From positions 4,110 to 68,109 of the IMG/VR virus record IMGVR_UViG_3300006920_000004: 64,000 nt of DNA; one strand, written 5' to 3'. The DNA comes from a virus. The first letter of the stretch is position 1; every line of letters starts with the position of its first letter. Shown one piece after another: positions 28,415-37,546 of this stretch. A program made the position numbers and the translations under genes. Below the pieces are notes generated by a model. It worked only from the letters and a program-made list of their open reading frames with translations, was not told where the DNA came from and did no database searches.

Positions 28415-28903
28415 ATGAAATACGAAATACCAAAAAAAGCAATGAACATTGTTAATAGCCTAGCTAAACTAGAACTAGGACAAACATCATTTTATAAACG
28501 ACTTGCTCAACAAGCAAACAAAAGCGGATTCCTATTAGCAGAAAAATATTTTTTAGCAGAAAGCAAAGAAGAGAGCGAACATTTTGACGGGTGGTTATCG
28601 TATGTAAACGGTAGAGGAAACGACTTCTGTATTCCAAGCGTAGAAGAATATGACATAGAAGCAAAAGACCTAACAGAACTTATAGAACTAAGCCTAGAAA
28701 AAGAAATAGAAGTAAGTATAGCCTACAACGAAGCATACAGCGAACTACTAAGCCTAGACGTACCAACAGCAATAAAAGCAATAGAGTACATTACTATTCA
28801 AACACTAGCAGTAGCAATATACAAAGATTACGCATCAGCACTAAGCGGATTAGATAAAAGCGGTCAGTTGGTAGCAGAACACTCAATTTTCGAGGAAAAC
28901 TAA
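28415..28903 (+). CDS. Ferritin-like protein
   Basis: E...S.FY, GF....YF..ES.EE.EH, E..V, Q: non-haem ferritin pattern, 162 aa. Confidence 0.85.
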   Translation: MKYEIPKKAMNIVNSLAKLELGQTSFYKRLAQQANKSGFLLAEKYFLAESKEESEHFDGWLSYVNGRGNDFCIPSVEEYDIEAKDLTELIELSLEKEIEVSIAYNEAYSELLSLDVPTAIKAIEYITIQTLAVAIYKDYASALSGLDKSGQLVAEHSIFEEN

Positions 28904-28905
28904 AT

Positions 28906-29007
28906 ATGGAAAGCGAATGCTGTGGAGCAGAAGAATGGATAGAAGATACAGGTATTTGCGGTTATTGTCGTGAACACGCTGATTGGATGGATACAGAAGA
29001 AGAATAA
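28906..29007 (+). CDS. 33-aa Cys-rich acidic microprotein
   Basis: MESECCGAEEWIEDTGICGYCREHADWMDTEEE. Confidence 0.65.
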   Translation: MESECCGAEEWIEDTGICGYCREHADWMDTEEE

Positions 29008-29032
29008 CTAAATACATTACAATTTTAAAAAT

Positions 29033-29075
29033 GCCCTCCATGCCTATCAACGATGCACACTTGGAGGGCTTTTTT
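29033..29075 (+). terminator. Intrinsic terminator with a 21-nt loop
   Basis: GCCCTCCA...TGGAGGGC-TTTTTT. Confidence 0.75.
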
Positions 29076-29169
29076 GTGTTCAAATTAAAATATATATTTT
29101 AAAACATTTTACTTGCATACATAAATAATATATATTACATTTGTGCAATAATTAAATATATTATTCGAT

Positions 29170-29775
29170 ATGATTACAGAAGTAATAATGAAAAGAGAAT
29201 TATTTGGGCAACAAATATCTCAAAAAAGCCAAAGTGAATTTTTTAGTGCAACCGATTTGGTAAGGGCAGGAAATAAATGGCGAATAGCAAATGGTTATTC
29301 TGATTTTAATTTAAGCCAATATTTAAAAGGGGTAAAAACATTAGAGTTTATAAACGAATTAGAAATAAAATATGGCAAAAGTTTTATTAATGGTAGAGGG
29401 AGAAATGCGCATACATGGGTACACCCTTTACTTTTTATTGACGTTGCATTATCTTTAAACCCAAAATTGAAAATTGAAGTGTATGAATGGCTTTTTGATA
29501 ATCTTATAAAGTACAGAAACGATAGTGGAGATAGCTATAAAGAAATGTCAGCAGCGTTATTTACTAGGGTAAACAATGTTAGAGAATTTCAGCAGTATAT
29601 CCAAAAAGTAGCAAGTGAAATAAAGGCTTCTTTAAGTGTAAAAAGTTGGGAAACTGCAAGTGAAAAGCAATTAAAGCAGAGGGATTTAATACATAACAGT
29701 ATAAAACTTCTTTGTAGAGTAATGAAAGACACAGACTCTATTGTTAGAATTGCAATTGAGGAAAATATTAAATAA
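29170..29775 (+). CDS. KilA-N domain DNA-binding protein
   Basis: FFSATDL, FINEL, GRG..TWVHPLLFIDVA..LNP...VYEW. Confidence 0.88.
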   Translation: MITEVIMKRELFGQQISQKSQSEFFSATDLVRAGNKWRIANGYSDFNLSQYLKGVKTLEFINELEIKYGKSFINGRGRNAHTWVHPLLFIDVALSLNPKLKIEVYEWLFDNLIKYRNDSGDSYKEMSAALFTRVNNVREFQQYIQKVASEIKASLSVKSWETASEKQLKQRDLIHNSIKLLCRVMKDTDSIVRIAIEENIK

Positions 29776-29781
29776 AATAAT

Positions 29782-30006
29782 ATGACAAACAAAACATACA
29801 AAATAGAAACTATCCAAGACATATTTGATGTTGTAACGGAAGAGAATTGGGAATTACTTTCTGCTGATATATGCCAAGTGCTTTACGATATTGCTAAGAT
29901 AAAAAAAGTAGCAGAAAATCCTAAAGACATTAAGTGGGCAGAGTTCTTATGGACAGACGATGGAATAGTAGGACATAAGATTACTCTTGTGCCAAAAGAG
30001 GATTAA
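29782..30006 (+). CDS. Hypothetical protein
   Basis: 74-aa ORF. Confidence 0.7.
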   Translation: MTNKTYKIETIQDIFDVVTEENWELLSADICQVLYDIAKIKKVAENPKDIKWAEFLWTDDGIVGHKITLVPKED

Positions 30007-30038
30007 ATAAACAAGCGGAGAAAACAAACAAAAAGAGT

Positions 30039-30071
30039 AAGCTACCTTAATTTCAAGGTGGCTTTCTTTTT
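30039..30071 (+). terminator. Intrinsic terminator (second copy of the direct repeat)
   Basis: AAGCTACCTT-AATTTC-AAGGTGGCTT followed by a T tract. Confidence 0.75.
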
Positions 30072-30116
30072 GTTGTAAAAAAAGACTAAATTTGTTACTT
30101 TAAATAAACAAACGAA

Positions 30117-33100
30117 ATGCCTTGTAACATAACTTTCACTCCTATTGGAAAAACAGAACCTATAACACTAACAGAACCAGAATACATAGTATTTCTTGCA
30201 ACTCCTGATGAGAATGGAATAACTGAATACCAAAAACTAATTGATAGCGGAATAGACTTACCTCCAATAACCCCACCAAAAGCACCTAAGAAAGAAAACG
30301 CACCAAGTGAGGGAGGGAAGAAACTAATGAGAGGTGTAACAAAACAATTCCTAAAAGAAAACCCTAGCTTAGCAGAAATACTTTCAGAAGACGCTATTTA
30401 CTACGACCAAATGCCTAACAAGCTTTCAGAAGCAGAAGCTAGAAAAATAATCGAAGTAACACCTATTGATTACTTAGAAAAAGGAATAAGAGATTTAAAC
30501 AACGGAATGAATGGTGCTGTAAGAAACGTATTAGCACAATTAACAATAAAGGAGTACGATAGGATAGGTAGAAGCCAAGATGCAATAGATTTAAGAGAAT
30601 GGCTAATAAAAGCTAATACCGATGCAGGTCAATTCACACAAGCATCGTTTGTAATACCAACTTTAAGTGCAGCAACAGAAGTATTTGCTGTAAGCCAAGC
30701 AATAAAAAAGATTAACCAAGAACGTGCTGAAAAAGATGGCAAACCTAAAAAGATTGCTAAAGAATTTAAAAAAGCTAACAAGGAAGCAGCAAAAGAAGCA
30801 GTAGAAAACGTACAAGGTAAATTAGAAAAATTTAGTCAAGCCCCTAATAGAAAATCGCCAACATACGGTTCTAAGAATAAGTTAGTAACAAAAGAGAATT
30901 ACGATAAGTTATTAAAAGACTTAAATAAAATGACTTTTGCTGCTGCACTCCCTGTTCAATTAATACCAATAGGAGTTTATCATATAGAAGCAGGAACAAG
31001 AAACTTTGTAGCATTTAGCGAAGCAGTAATAGAAGCAGTAGGAGAAAAAGTTAAACCATATTTAAAAGACCTTTACAATAAAGCGGTAGAACAAGTAGAT
31101 ACAGAAATTAATGAAGCTAGGGGCAAAAAATGGAAAGATAAATTAGATGTAGCATTAGCAAAAGCCGATAAAAAAGGAATTGAAAAAGCAATAGCTAGCT
31201 TACAGAACGTAGCTAAAGAAGAAGGCTTATGGGGTAAGTATAGAGATATGGCTGCTAAAAGATTAAAGAATATTAGCCTAGAACAAGCAAGTTCAGACAT
31301 AAGAGAAAACGCAGCATTAGAAGACTTTACTAACGGGCTTGTAAGAAATATGCAAGCAAAGATTATAGAAGCGTTACCTGCAAGCGAAAGAACAAGCAAA
31401 CCACTAAGAAGTTCAATTGAAGTTATTGGCGATGCTTATAAAAACTTAGATAAATATGCTGACGTATGGGAGAAAACTAAAGCGGAGTTTCAAGAAAAAT
31501 ATAAAGATAACGAACAAGCATTAGAAGCTATTGACGCTTACTTTGGAGATATATTAGCAACACCATTTAGCCAAAAAGAAATTACTAAAGCGGTAATAAA
31601 AGGACTTAAAGAAGAAGGCGAAACTATTGCAAAAATAGCACAACAACACTATACTGTTTACGATGCAACCAAAAGAACCTTAATAGAAAAGTTAGTAAAA
31701 GAAGCAGGTTTGACAGAAGCACAAGCAAAAGAAATAGGCGAAGCTATAAGTAAAGAATTTGATAGATTAGCACTAGAGAAAAAACAACAAATACTAGCAA
31801 CTATTTTTAGCAAAAAGGAACGTGGTAAAAATCAAGTAAAGAATTTAGAAACAGAGTTAATCAGATTAACAAACTTAGGTGCATTTACTGACGATGCTTT
31901 AGTGAAAGCTTATGCTGAAAAAATGGGGTGGGCAACATTAACTCCCGAAAATATAAAAGAAATTGAACGATTAGCAAGCATAGTAGAAAGAACTGCCGAT
32001 GGATTAAAGAAAGCAAGTGCTATTGAAGATTTATTAGGATACCAAGCCAAACTTAAAGGAGTATCACTTATTGACGTAATGTTTTCTATATGGTACGCAA
32101 ATTTACTAAGTGGGTATAATACACAGATAGTAAACGCTGCATCGGGATTGTATAATACCCTTTCGGTGTTTGGTGTAGCAGCATTAAGAAGACCTAAATC
32201 AGTTCCGTTCCTTGTAAATGGTTGGCTGAATGGTATAAAACAAGGTTTTTTTGAAGCCAAAAGCACACTAACAACGGGTTATAGTCCATTAAGAGGTAGG
32301 GTAGAAGTTCCTTCAACATTAGAACTATATCCATTTAAAGGTGGTGATTTTAACCCTGCTAATTATTTAAAATATGTAAGAAGAGTAATGGCAGCTACCG
32401 ATGTACTTATAGCAGGTGGACTTAAAGAGATGAGAGCCTATCAATGGGCAAGAATGATGGCGGCAAACGATGGAAAGCTAGAGCCAAACGTAAACACAAG
32501 ACAAAGAGCCTTAGAATATTTAAACAAAGATAACGATTCTGTAAATCACGCTAAAGAAACAGCAGCACTTGAATTACAAAAAGAAATAGAAGATATAAAT
32601 AACGAGCCTATTAGTCAAAAAGAAAAAGATGCTAAAATAAAAAAAGCAAAGAATGATGAACAAAGACGTGTATTTGAATTAGTTGAAATGGCTAGAGGTA
32701 CTGAAATAATAGAAGAAAGTGCCAATTTTGCAGCAAGGTCAACTTTCAATTATAAAACAGAAGGTGCTTTAGGTGGATTAGTAACAAGCATTAATAATTT
32801 TATAGAGAAAAACAATAGAACAAAACTACTAAAATTTGTAGTTCCTTTTACGACAATTGTAGCAAACGTGGCTAACGAAGCGTTAAACTATACACCTGTT
32901 GGATATATAAGAGGAATGGGCAATGGTTCTATTTTAAATATGCCTAGAAAAGATTTTGAGGATATGTCAGAAACAAGACAAGCAGAATTTAAGGCAGAAC
33001 TTAAAACAAAAGCATTAATGGGTCTTGCACTAACAACAGCAGTAGCAATGTTAGCAACACTTAAAGGAGATGACGATGACGAGCCGATACTAGAAATAAC

Positions 33101-34259
33101 CGCAAACGGAACAGGCGATTATCAGAAAAACGAATTATTAAAAAAAGACGAAGGTTGGCAGCCTTATTCATACCGAGTATGGAATCCTTCAACTAAAAAA
33201 TATGGCGCATGGATTTCATATAGATACACTCCTTTAATAGTAATGTTTTCCCTTATTGGTAATTTAAAAGATTACGAAGCATATAGGAGAGAAAAACTAA
33301 CAGATTCGGATTTTACTAAATTTGGAGTAGCAATGACTGCTTCAATGAGAGTATTTTTTGATGCTACATTTTTAGCTTCTTTAAATACATTTTTAGGTAG
33401 TTTATTTAGTGGTGCTACTGTTTCGGAAGATGCAGCAACTAATCTATATAAATCATTAGTAAAAACAGTTAAATCAGCAGTTGTACCTGCCTTATATACT
33501 CAAACAGCAAAAGAAATAGAAGCAGCTTTTAAAATTCCCGTAAAAGAAACAAGATTAAATCCTTTAGGAATGGTTGTGGAAGATATGCCTTATTTAAGAA
33601 ATTACTTTGAGAATAAAATAGATGCGATAGGTAACGAGGTAATTCCTGATACAGATGTATTAGTTTCAGCAGGAGAGGGAAATAAAATAGTAAAATTACT
33701 TGCAGAAAAGAAATCGTTAATAAAACCGCCAGATATAAGAAAAGAAGTTTACTATAACATAAAAGAACAAAAGGATATGGTTATGGATGGTAAACAATTT
33801 AATTTATACGCTCAAACAAGAGGAGGGTTAATATCTAAATTCCTTAACGAAAACTATGAAGAAATAAAAGATTTAGAATTAGGCGAAGCGCAAAAGTTTA
33901 TTTCAAATGGTATAACAGAATCTACTAAAATAGCCAAAGATAGAATACAATATAGCGAAAAAGATTATCAAGCAATTGTAGCAGAGAAAGAACAAGCGTT
34001 TAAGGATAAAATAGAAAATAAAGAAAAGGCAGAAAAAGCGCAAGAGAAATTAGACAGACTAAACAATGTAACAGAAGAAGAAAAAGATTTAAGAAAAAAA
34101 GTTAAGTCAATGTCATTTGAAGATGCTAAACTTAAAATATTAAAACCACTTTTACTTGAATCGAATAGCCCTAGCACTCTTATACAAAGAATGAGAAAAG
34201 CTAACATTATAACAACATACGAACAAGAACAAGATTTAAGAAAACAATTAAAAAAATAA
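30117..34259 (+). CDS. Large helical internal virion/ejection protein
   Basis: 1380 aa; Y.NLLSG..TQ..N, VPF, G.G...GWQPYS motifs typical of podovirus ejection proteins. Confidence 0.7.
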   Translation: MPCNITFTPIGKTEPITLTEPEYIVFLATPDENGITEYQKLIDSGIDLPPITPPKAPKKENAPSEGGKKLMRGVTKQFLKENPSLAEILSEDAIYYDQMPNKLSEAEARKIIEVTPIDYLEKGIRDLNNGMNGAVRNVLAQLTIKEYDRIGRSQDAIDLREWLIKANTDAGQFTQASFVIPTLSAATEVFAVSQAIKKINQERAEKDGKPKKIAKEFKKANKEAAKEAVENVQGKLEKFSQAPNRKSPTYGSKNKLVTKENYDKLLKDLNKMTFAAALPVQLIPIGVYHIEAGTRNFVAFSEAVIEAVGEKVKPYLKDLYNKAVEQVDTEINEARGKKWKDKLDVALAKADKKGIEKAIASLQNVAKEEGLWGKYRDMAAKRLKNISLEQASSDIRENAALEDFTNGLVRNMQAKIIEALPASERTSKPLRSSIEVIGDAYKNLDKYADVWEKTKAEFQEKYKDNEQALEAIDAYFGDILATPFSQKEITKAVIKGLKEEGETIAKIAQQHYTVYDATKRTLIEKLVKEAGLTEAQAKEIGEAISKEFDRLALEKKQQILATIFSKKERGKNQVKNLETELIRLTNLGAFTDDALVKAYAEKMGWATLTPENIKEIERLASIVERTADGLKKASAIEDLLGYQAKLKGVSLIDVMFSIWYANLLSGYNTQIVNAASGLYNTLSVFGVAALRRPKSVPFLVNGWLNGIKQGFFEAKSTLTTGYSPLRGRVEVPSTLELYPFKGGDFNPANYLKYVRRVMAATDVLIAGGLKEMRAYQWARMMAANDGKLEPNVNTRQRALEYLNKDNDSVNHAKETAALELQKEIEDINNEPISQKEKDAKIKKAKNDEQRRVFELVEMARGTEIIEESANFAARSTFNYKTEGALGGLVTSINNFIEKNNRTKLLKFVVPFTTIVANVANEALNYTPVGYIRGMGNGSILNMPRKDFEDMSETRQAEFKAELKTKALMGLALTTAVAMLATLKGDDDDEPILEITANGTGDYQKNELLKKDEGWQPYSYRVWNPSTKKYGAWISYRYTPLIVMFSLIGNLKDYEAYRREKLTDSDFTKFGVAMTASMRVFFDATFLASLNTFLGSLFSGATVSEDAATNLYKSLVKTVKSAVVPALYTQTAKEIEAAFKIPVKETRLNPLGMVVEDMPYLRNYFENKIDAIGNEVIPDTDVLVSAGEGNKIVKLLAEKKSLIKPPDIRKEVYYNIKEQKDMVMDGKQFNLYAQTRGGLISKFLNENYEEIKDLELGEAQKFISNGITESTKIAKDRIQYSEKDYQAIVAEKEQAFKDKIENKEKAEKAQEKLDRLNNVTEEEKDLRKKVKSMSFEDAKLKILKPLLLESNSPSTLIQRMRKANIITTYEQEQDLRKQLKK

Positions 34260-34272
34260 CTATCTTTGTAAC

Positions 34273-34896
34273 ATGACAGGAGCAGAAATATACGGAATAC
34301 TAGGAGCATTATATGACTTTCCTATGAACGGGATAATACCAAAGGCTAAGGTAAATCAACAATTAGTAATGATACAAGCAGAATACTTTAAACCTATGTT
34401 TAAATTATTTGGCGAAAACGGTGAAATAAATGGTGAATTAGAACCGCTAATGAAAACATTTTCTGTGGCAACACCTACTAATAACATTGTGTCTAAAACA
34501 GTAAATACAGTAGATTACCTTACATTAATAAGTATAGATGCAACCTTTGTAGTAAACGGGAATACCTACACAAATACTGCTGCACCATTACCTCCTAACT
34601 CAATGACTAACAGTTTCAGCAATGGAACGTTTTTGTACCCTAAATATTACATAATAAATGATAATATAACAATATACCCTAAAAACGTACAATGCACATT
34701 AGCAGAGGGTAATTATTTTAGAACACCATTTACAATAGATGTAACAAATAGCGGTACACAAATACTTTATAACATTAACACCGTAACAGGAATAGTAAGA
34801 CAATTACTTTCAAGTTATGGATTAAGTTTATCAGACCCTCGTTACCAACAATGGGAACGTGAAATTATGCAAACAAATAACACAGTAATTAAATAA
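34273..34896 (+). CDS. Probable tail ring/tubular protein
   Basis: 207 aa; leaderless; YP.Y...I.IYP, Y.R.P; structural context. Confidence 0.5.
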   Translation: MTGAEIYGILGALYDFPMNGIIPKAKVNQQLVMIQAEYFKPMFKLFGENGEINGELEPLMKTFSVATPTNNIVSKTVNTVDYLTLISIDATFVVNGNTYTNTAAPLPPNSMTNSFSNGTFLYPKYYIINDNITIYPKNVQCTLAEGNYFRTPFTIDVTNSGTQILYNINTVTGIVRQLLSSYGLSLSDPRYQQWEREIMQTNNTVIK

Positions 34897-35771
34897 TGGC
34901 ACTACTACCAAAAATAAACTTATACCAAAACAGCGAAGATAATTCAGTTGTAGAAATACTTGATACAACAGGGCTATACGCAACGAATAATAGCGGAGGG
35001 TACAATACACCCAACTTAGCTATATCAAGTGCTTATGGAGTATTAAGAATAGGAAATTACCTAAGCTTACAAAACCTTAATAGCGTTAGTAGTGGCAACC
35101 TAACACAATACAAAGAATACATTAAAACAAGTGGCACTAATAAAACTTACGACAACAAAGTAATAGTTGTAGGAAGTGTATTTACACCATTTATAAGTGT
35201 AGCAGTTCAAAGTGGCGATACATTTAAAGAAACGGGATATTATTACTCACCAATTGGAACATGGCGACCAAGCGTAACTACACCAATATACTTAACAAGT
35301 GGAGATTTAGGATTAGGTACAAGTAGCGTAATAGCCGATACGATATTCCCAATAGAATATAAAGTGTATAGCGCAATACTAACTAACCCTACAACAGTAA
35401 TTGGTAGAGAGTATTTAGTACAAAGTAATTCAACAACGTGGGGTGGAAACACATATCGTAAAGGAGAAATATTTATAGCAAGTGCGGCAAGTGCAGTAGT
35501 AGGAACAGTAAGTGCATACGAAAGCGGTTATTACAATACTTTTCAAACATCGTTCAATATTAGTCAGCAATTAAAGGATTTAATTGTGAGTAATATTAAC
35601 AATCCTAAACCCAAAAACGAACAGTTCCAAATGGAAATAGCAAGACTATACTCAAGAATAGAAGCAATGAATTGGAACAACGGACTAGGAAACATAAGCC
35701 AAACAAACGCTTACGATAACATACAAGACATAGCCAACACTTGCATAGCACTAGCAACTAATAATTACTAA
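34896..35771 (+). CDS. Structural (tail hub-like) protein, paralog of 44126-44992
   Basis: Shared D.T..YAT, TGYY, Y.VY and Y..G..F motifs. Confidence 0.55.
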   Translation: MALLPKINLYQNSEDNSVVEILDTTGLYATNNSGGYNTPNLAISSAYGVLRIGNYLSLQNLNSVSSGNLTQYKEYIKTSGTNKTYDNKVIVVGSVFTPFISVAVQSGDTFKETGYYYSPIGTWRPSVTTPIYLTSGDLGLGTSSVIADTIFPIEYKVYSAILTNPTTVIGREYLVQSNSTTWGGNTYRKGEIFIASAASAVVGTVSAYESGYYNTFQTSFNISQQLKDLIVSNINNPKPKNEQFQMEIARLYSRIEAMNWNNGLGNISQTNAYDNIQDIANTCIALATNNY

Positions 35772-35772
35772 A

Positions 35773-36027
35773 GTGAACGAACATAAACTCTACGAAATAA
35801 TGCTATCACAGATAACCCTAGAACAACAAGGGCTACCTAACAATACTTATTTAAACAAAATAATAATGGAAACTACTAACTTATTACAAGCATTAAAATT
35901 TATAGGATGTACCCCAAGCGATACATTACAGATAGAGAATAGGTTAGATGCAATGTTAGGATTCTGGAGAGCAACAACTCGTTATACTCAAAATATATTT
36001 AACGGATATTTTCAAACAATAGCTTAA
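35773..36027 (+). CDS. Small structural protein, paralog of 43903-44133
   Basis: N.LD.ML..W motif shared. Confidence 0.5.
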   Translation: MNEHKLYEIMLSQITLEQQGLPNNTYLNKIIMETTNLLQALKFIGCTPSDTLQIENRLDAMLGFWRATTRYTQNIFNGYFQTIA

Positions 36028-36036
36028 CTTTGTAAC

Positions 36037-36723
36037 ATGAATACCTTAAAACTCGTAGATGAATTAGTAAGAGCCGTAAATAGCGGATATAATAGTAGTG
36101 ACAAGAAAGTTGATGACAATTATATATTTGAGATGCTACCTCAATGGAGAGCGCAAATGATGATACTTACCTACAATGGCGGTAAAGTACCAAACAGCAA
36201 TACTGTTATAAAGGGTAATAAACTTATACCTTCATATTGGAAACAAGAAGTAACTTATACAATTAATCCATTAGTACAAGACCCTACAGCAGATTATTTA
36301 ACAGTACAAGGATTACCCATAGTTAGCTTAAACGAGCAGAACGATGGTATGCAATACTTCGGAACTAAAAGTATTGCTAATGGCTTCTTTTACGCAAGAA
36401 GTTTGAACGAAATTCAACAGTTTAAAGATTTACGTTTACTAACTAAAAAACCTGCTGTATTAATAGTAGGAAACGAAAGAAGAATTTATGGTAATAAGTT
36501 ATTAAAAGAAGTGCTAGAAGTCGGAATATACCAAGACCCGTATGCAGCGAACCCTACTTATAATTACAACACAGACCGATTCCCAATTGCGGAAGGAGAT
36601 GTTTACTTAATGAAAGAAATAGCAATTGCAGCGTTAAGAACAGAATTTAGAGCAATAAAAGACGTTACTGCTGATGGCGGTCAGATTGAACAAGCAACTT
36701 TAAAAAACAATATTTTAGGGTAG
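36037..36723 (+). CDS. Probable tail ring/tubular protein
   Basis: 228 aa; leaderless; GIYQDP...D.FPI motif resembling crAss-type ring proteins. Confidence 0.55.
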   Translation: MNTLKLVDELVRAVNSGYNSSDKKVDDNYIFEMLPQWRAQMMILTYNGGKVPNSNTVIKGNKLIPSYWKQEVTYTINPLVQDPTADYLTVQGLPIVSLNEQNDGMQYFGTKSIANGFFYARSLNEIQQFKDLRLLTKKPAVLIVGNERRIYGNKLLKEVLEVGIYQDPYAANPTYNYNTDRFPIAEGDVYLMKEIAIAALRTEFRAIKDVTADGGQIEQATLKNNILG

Positions 36724-36757
36724 TTTGTTTGTTTAATAGAAATAATTATATTTGCAG

Positions 36758-36829
36758 TGCGAGTAGGAGAAGTGGTAACTCACGAGGCTCATAACCTTGA
36801 GATACTTGGTTCGATTCCAAGATTCGCAA
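36758..36829 (+). tRNA. tRNA with CAT anticodon, initiator (fMet)-like; no encoded CCA
   Basis: Acceptor TGCGAGT/ATTCGCA, D stem GAG/CTC (A11:U24), anticodon arm CGAGG-CTCATAA-CCTTG, T arm CTTGG-TTCGATT-CCAAG; promoter TATATTTG at 36747. Confidence 0.92.
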
Positions 36830-36842
36830 CAAATATAAATAA

Positions 36843-36872
36843 AAAGCCCCTAGCATAATTGTTAGGGGCTTT
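36843..36872. terminator. Bidirectional terminator
   Basis: AAAGCCCCTAG...TTAGGGGCTTT between the tRNA and the convergent operon. Confidence 0.8.
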
Positions 36873-36878
36873 ATTTGT

Positions 36879-37544
36879 TTAGTAGGTTTTAAATGCAAAT
36901 TTATTATTAATATCTGCAACTCGTTTACCTTCTTGGCTATCATTTTCAGCAGCCAATCCTCGAATGTATCGTTTCTCAACCTTGTACTCATGTAAGTAAG
37001 TAGCATATTTAGCCATTTGTGAAGCATCTCCTCGCTCTAAACAGAAATCCGACATAACTCCATAGGTTAAACATAAATCAGCTACACGAGGCAATACTAA
37101 ATTGCCATTATCATCTAGGTTAATTCCTATATAAGAAATCTGACAGTATGAGTCTTCAATAGCAGTCCCGAACCAAATGTAATTATCTTTAACTCTTGCA
37201 GAGGTATTATTATTAAAACTACCCTTGTAAAAGCCAGTAGTAGGAGCATAAGGCGCAGTAGAATTAATGTCATTTAAGGCTTTAAAAGTTCTTATAGGGT
37301 TGTGACCTTCAAGAATAATAAAACCTTTTGGCAACGGTGCTGTAAACGTAGTTAAATCAATAGGTATTTGAGCAATTTGAGAAGGAAACACAAAGAAGTT
37401 CCTTAATTGTCTTACCTTATCATTTAAACTATTGTAAAGGTACGCATCATGTAATGGCGTATCACTTATACCTAGTTTTAATTTTACTCGTTGTATAATT
37501 TCATTCTCTGAAACTACATCGTACACACCGTTGTCGTTAGTCAT
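36879..37544 (-). CDS. Probable head-tail adaptor/ring protein
   Basis: 221 aa downstream of portal; LP.GF, ISY.GI.LDD.G..VLP. Confidence 0.55.
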   Translation of the reverse strand: MTNDNGVYDVVSENEIIQRVKLKLGISDTPLHDAYLYNSLNDKVRQLRNFFVFPSQIAQIPIDLTTFTAPLPKGFIILEGHNPIRTFKALNDINSTAPYAPTTGFYKGSFNNNTSARVKDNYIWFGTAIEDSYCQISYIGINLDDNGNLVLPRVADLCLTYGVMSDFCLERGDASQMAKYATYLHEYKVEKRYIRGLAAENDSQEGKRVADINNKFAFKTY

Positions 37545-37546
37545 TA

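Noticed and set aside
21648-35452. Numerous minus-strand 60-120-aa ORFs rich in Ser/Phe/Leu
   Set aside because: Shadows of A-rich plus-strand genes.
36830-36880. tRNA-associated theta (HDV-like) ribozyme
   Set aside because: Only a simple terminator hairpin follows the tRNA.
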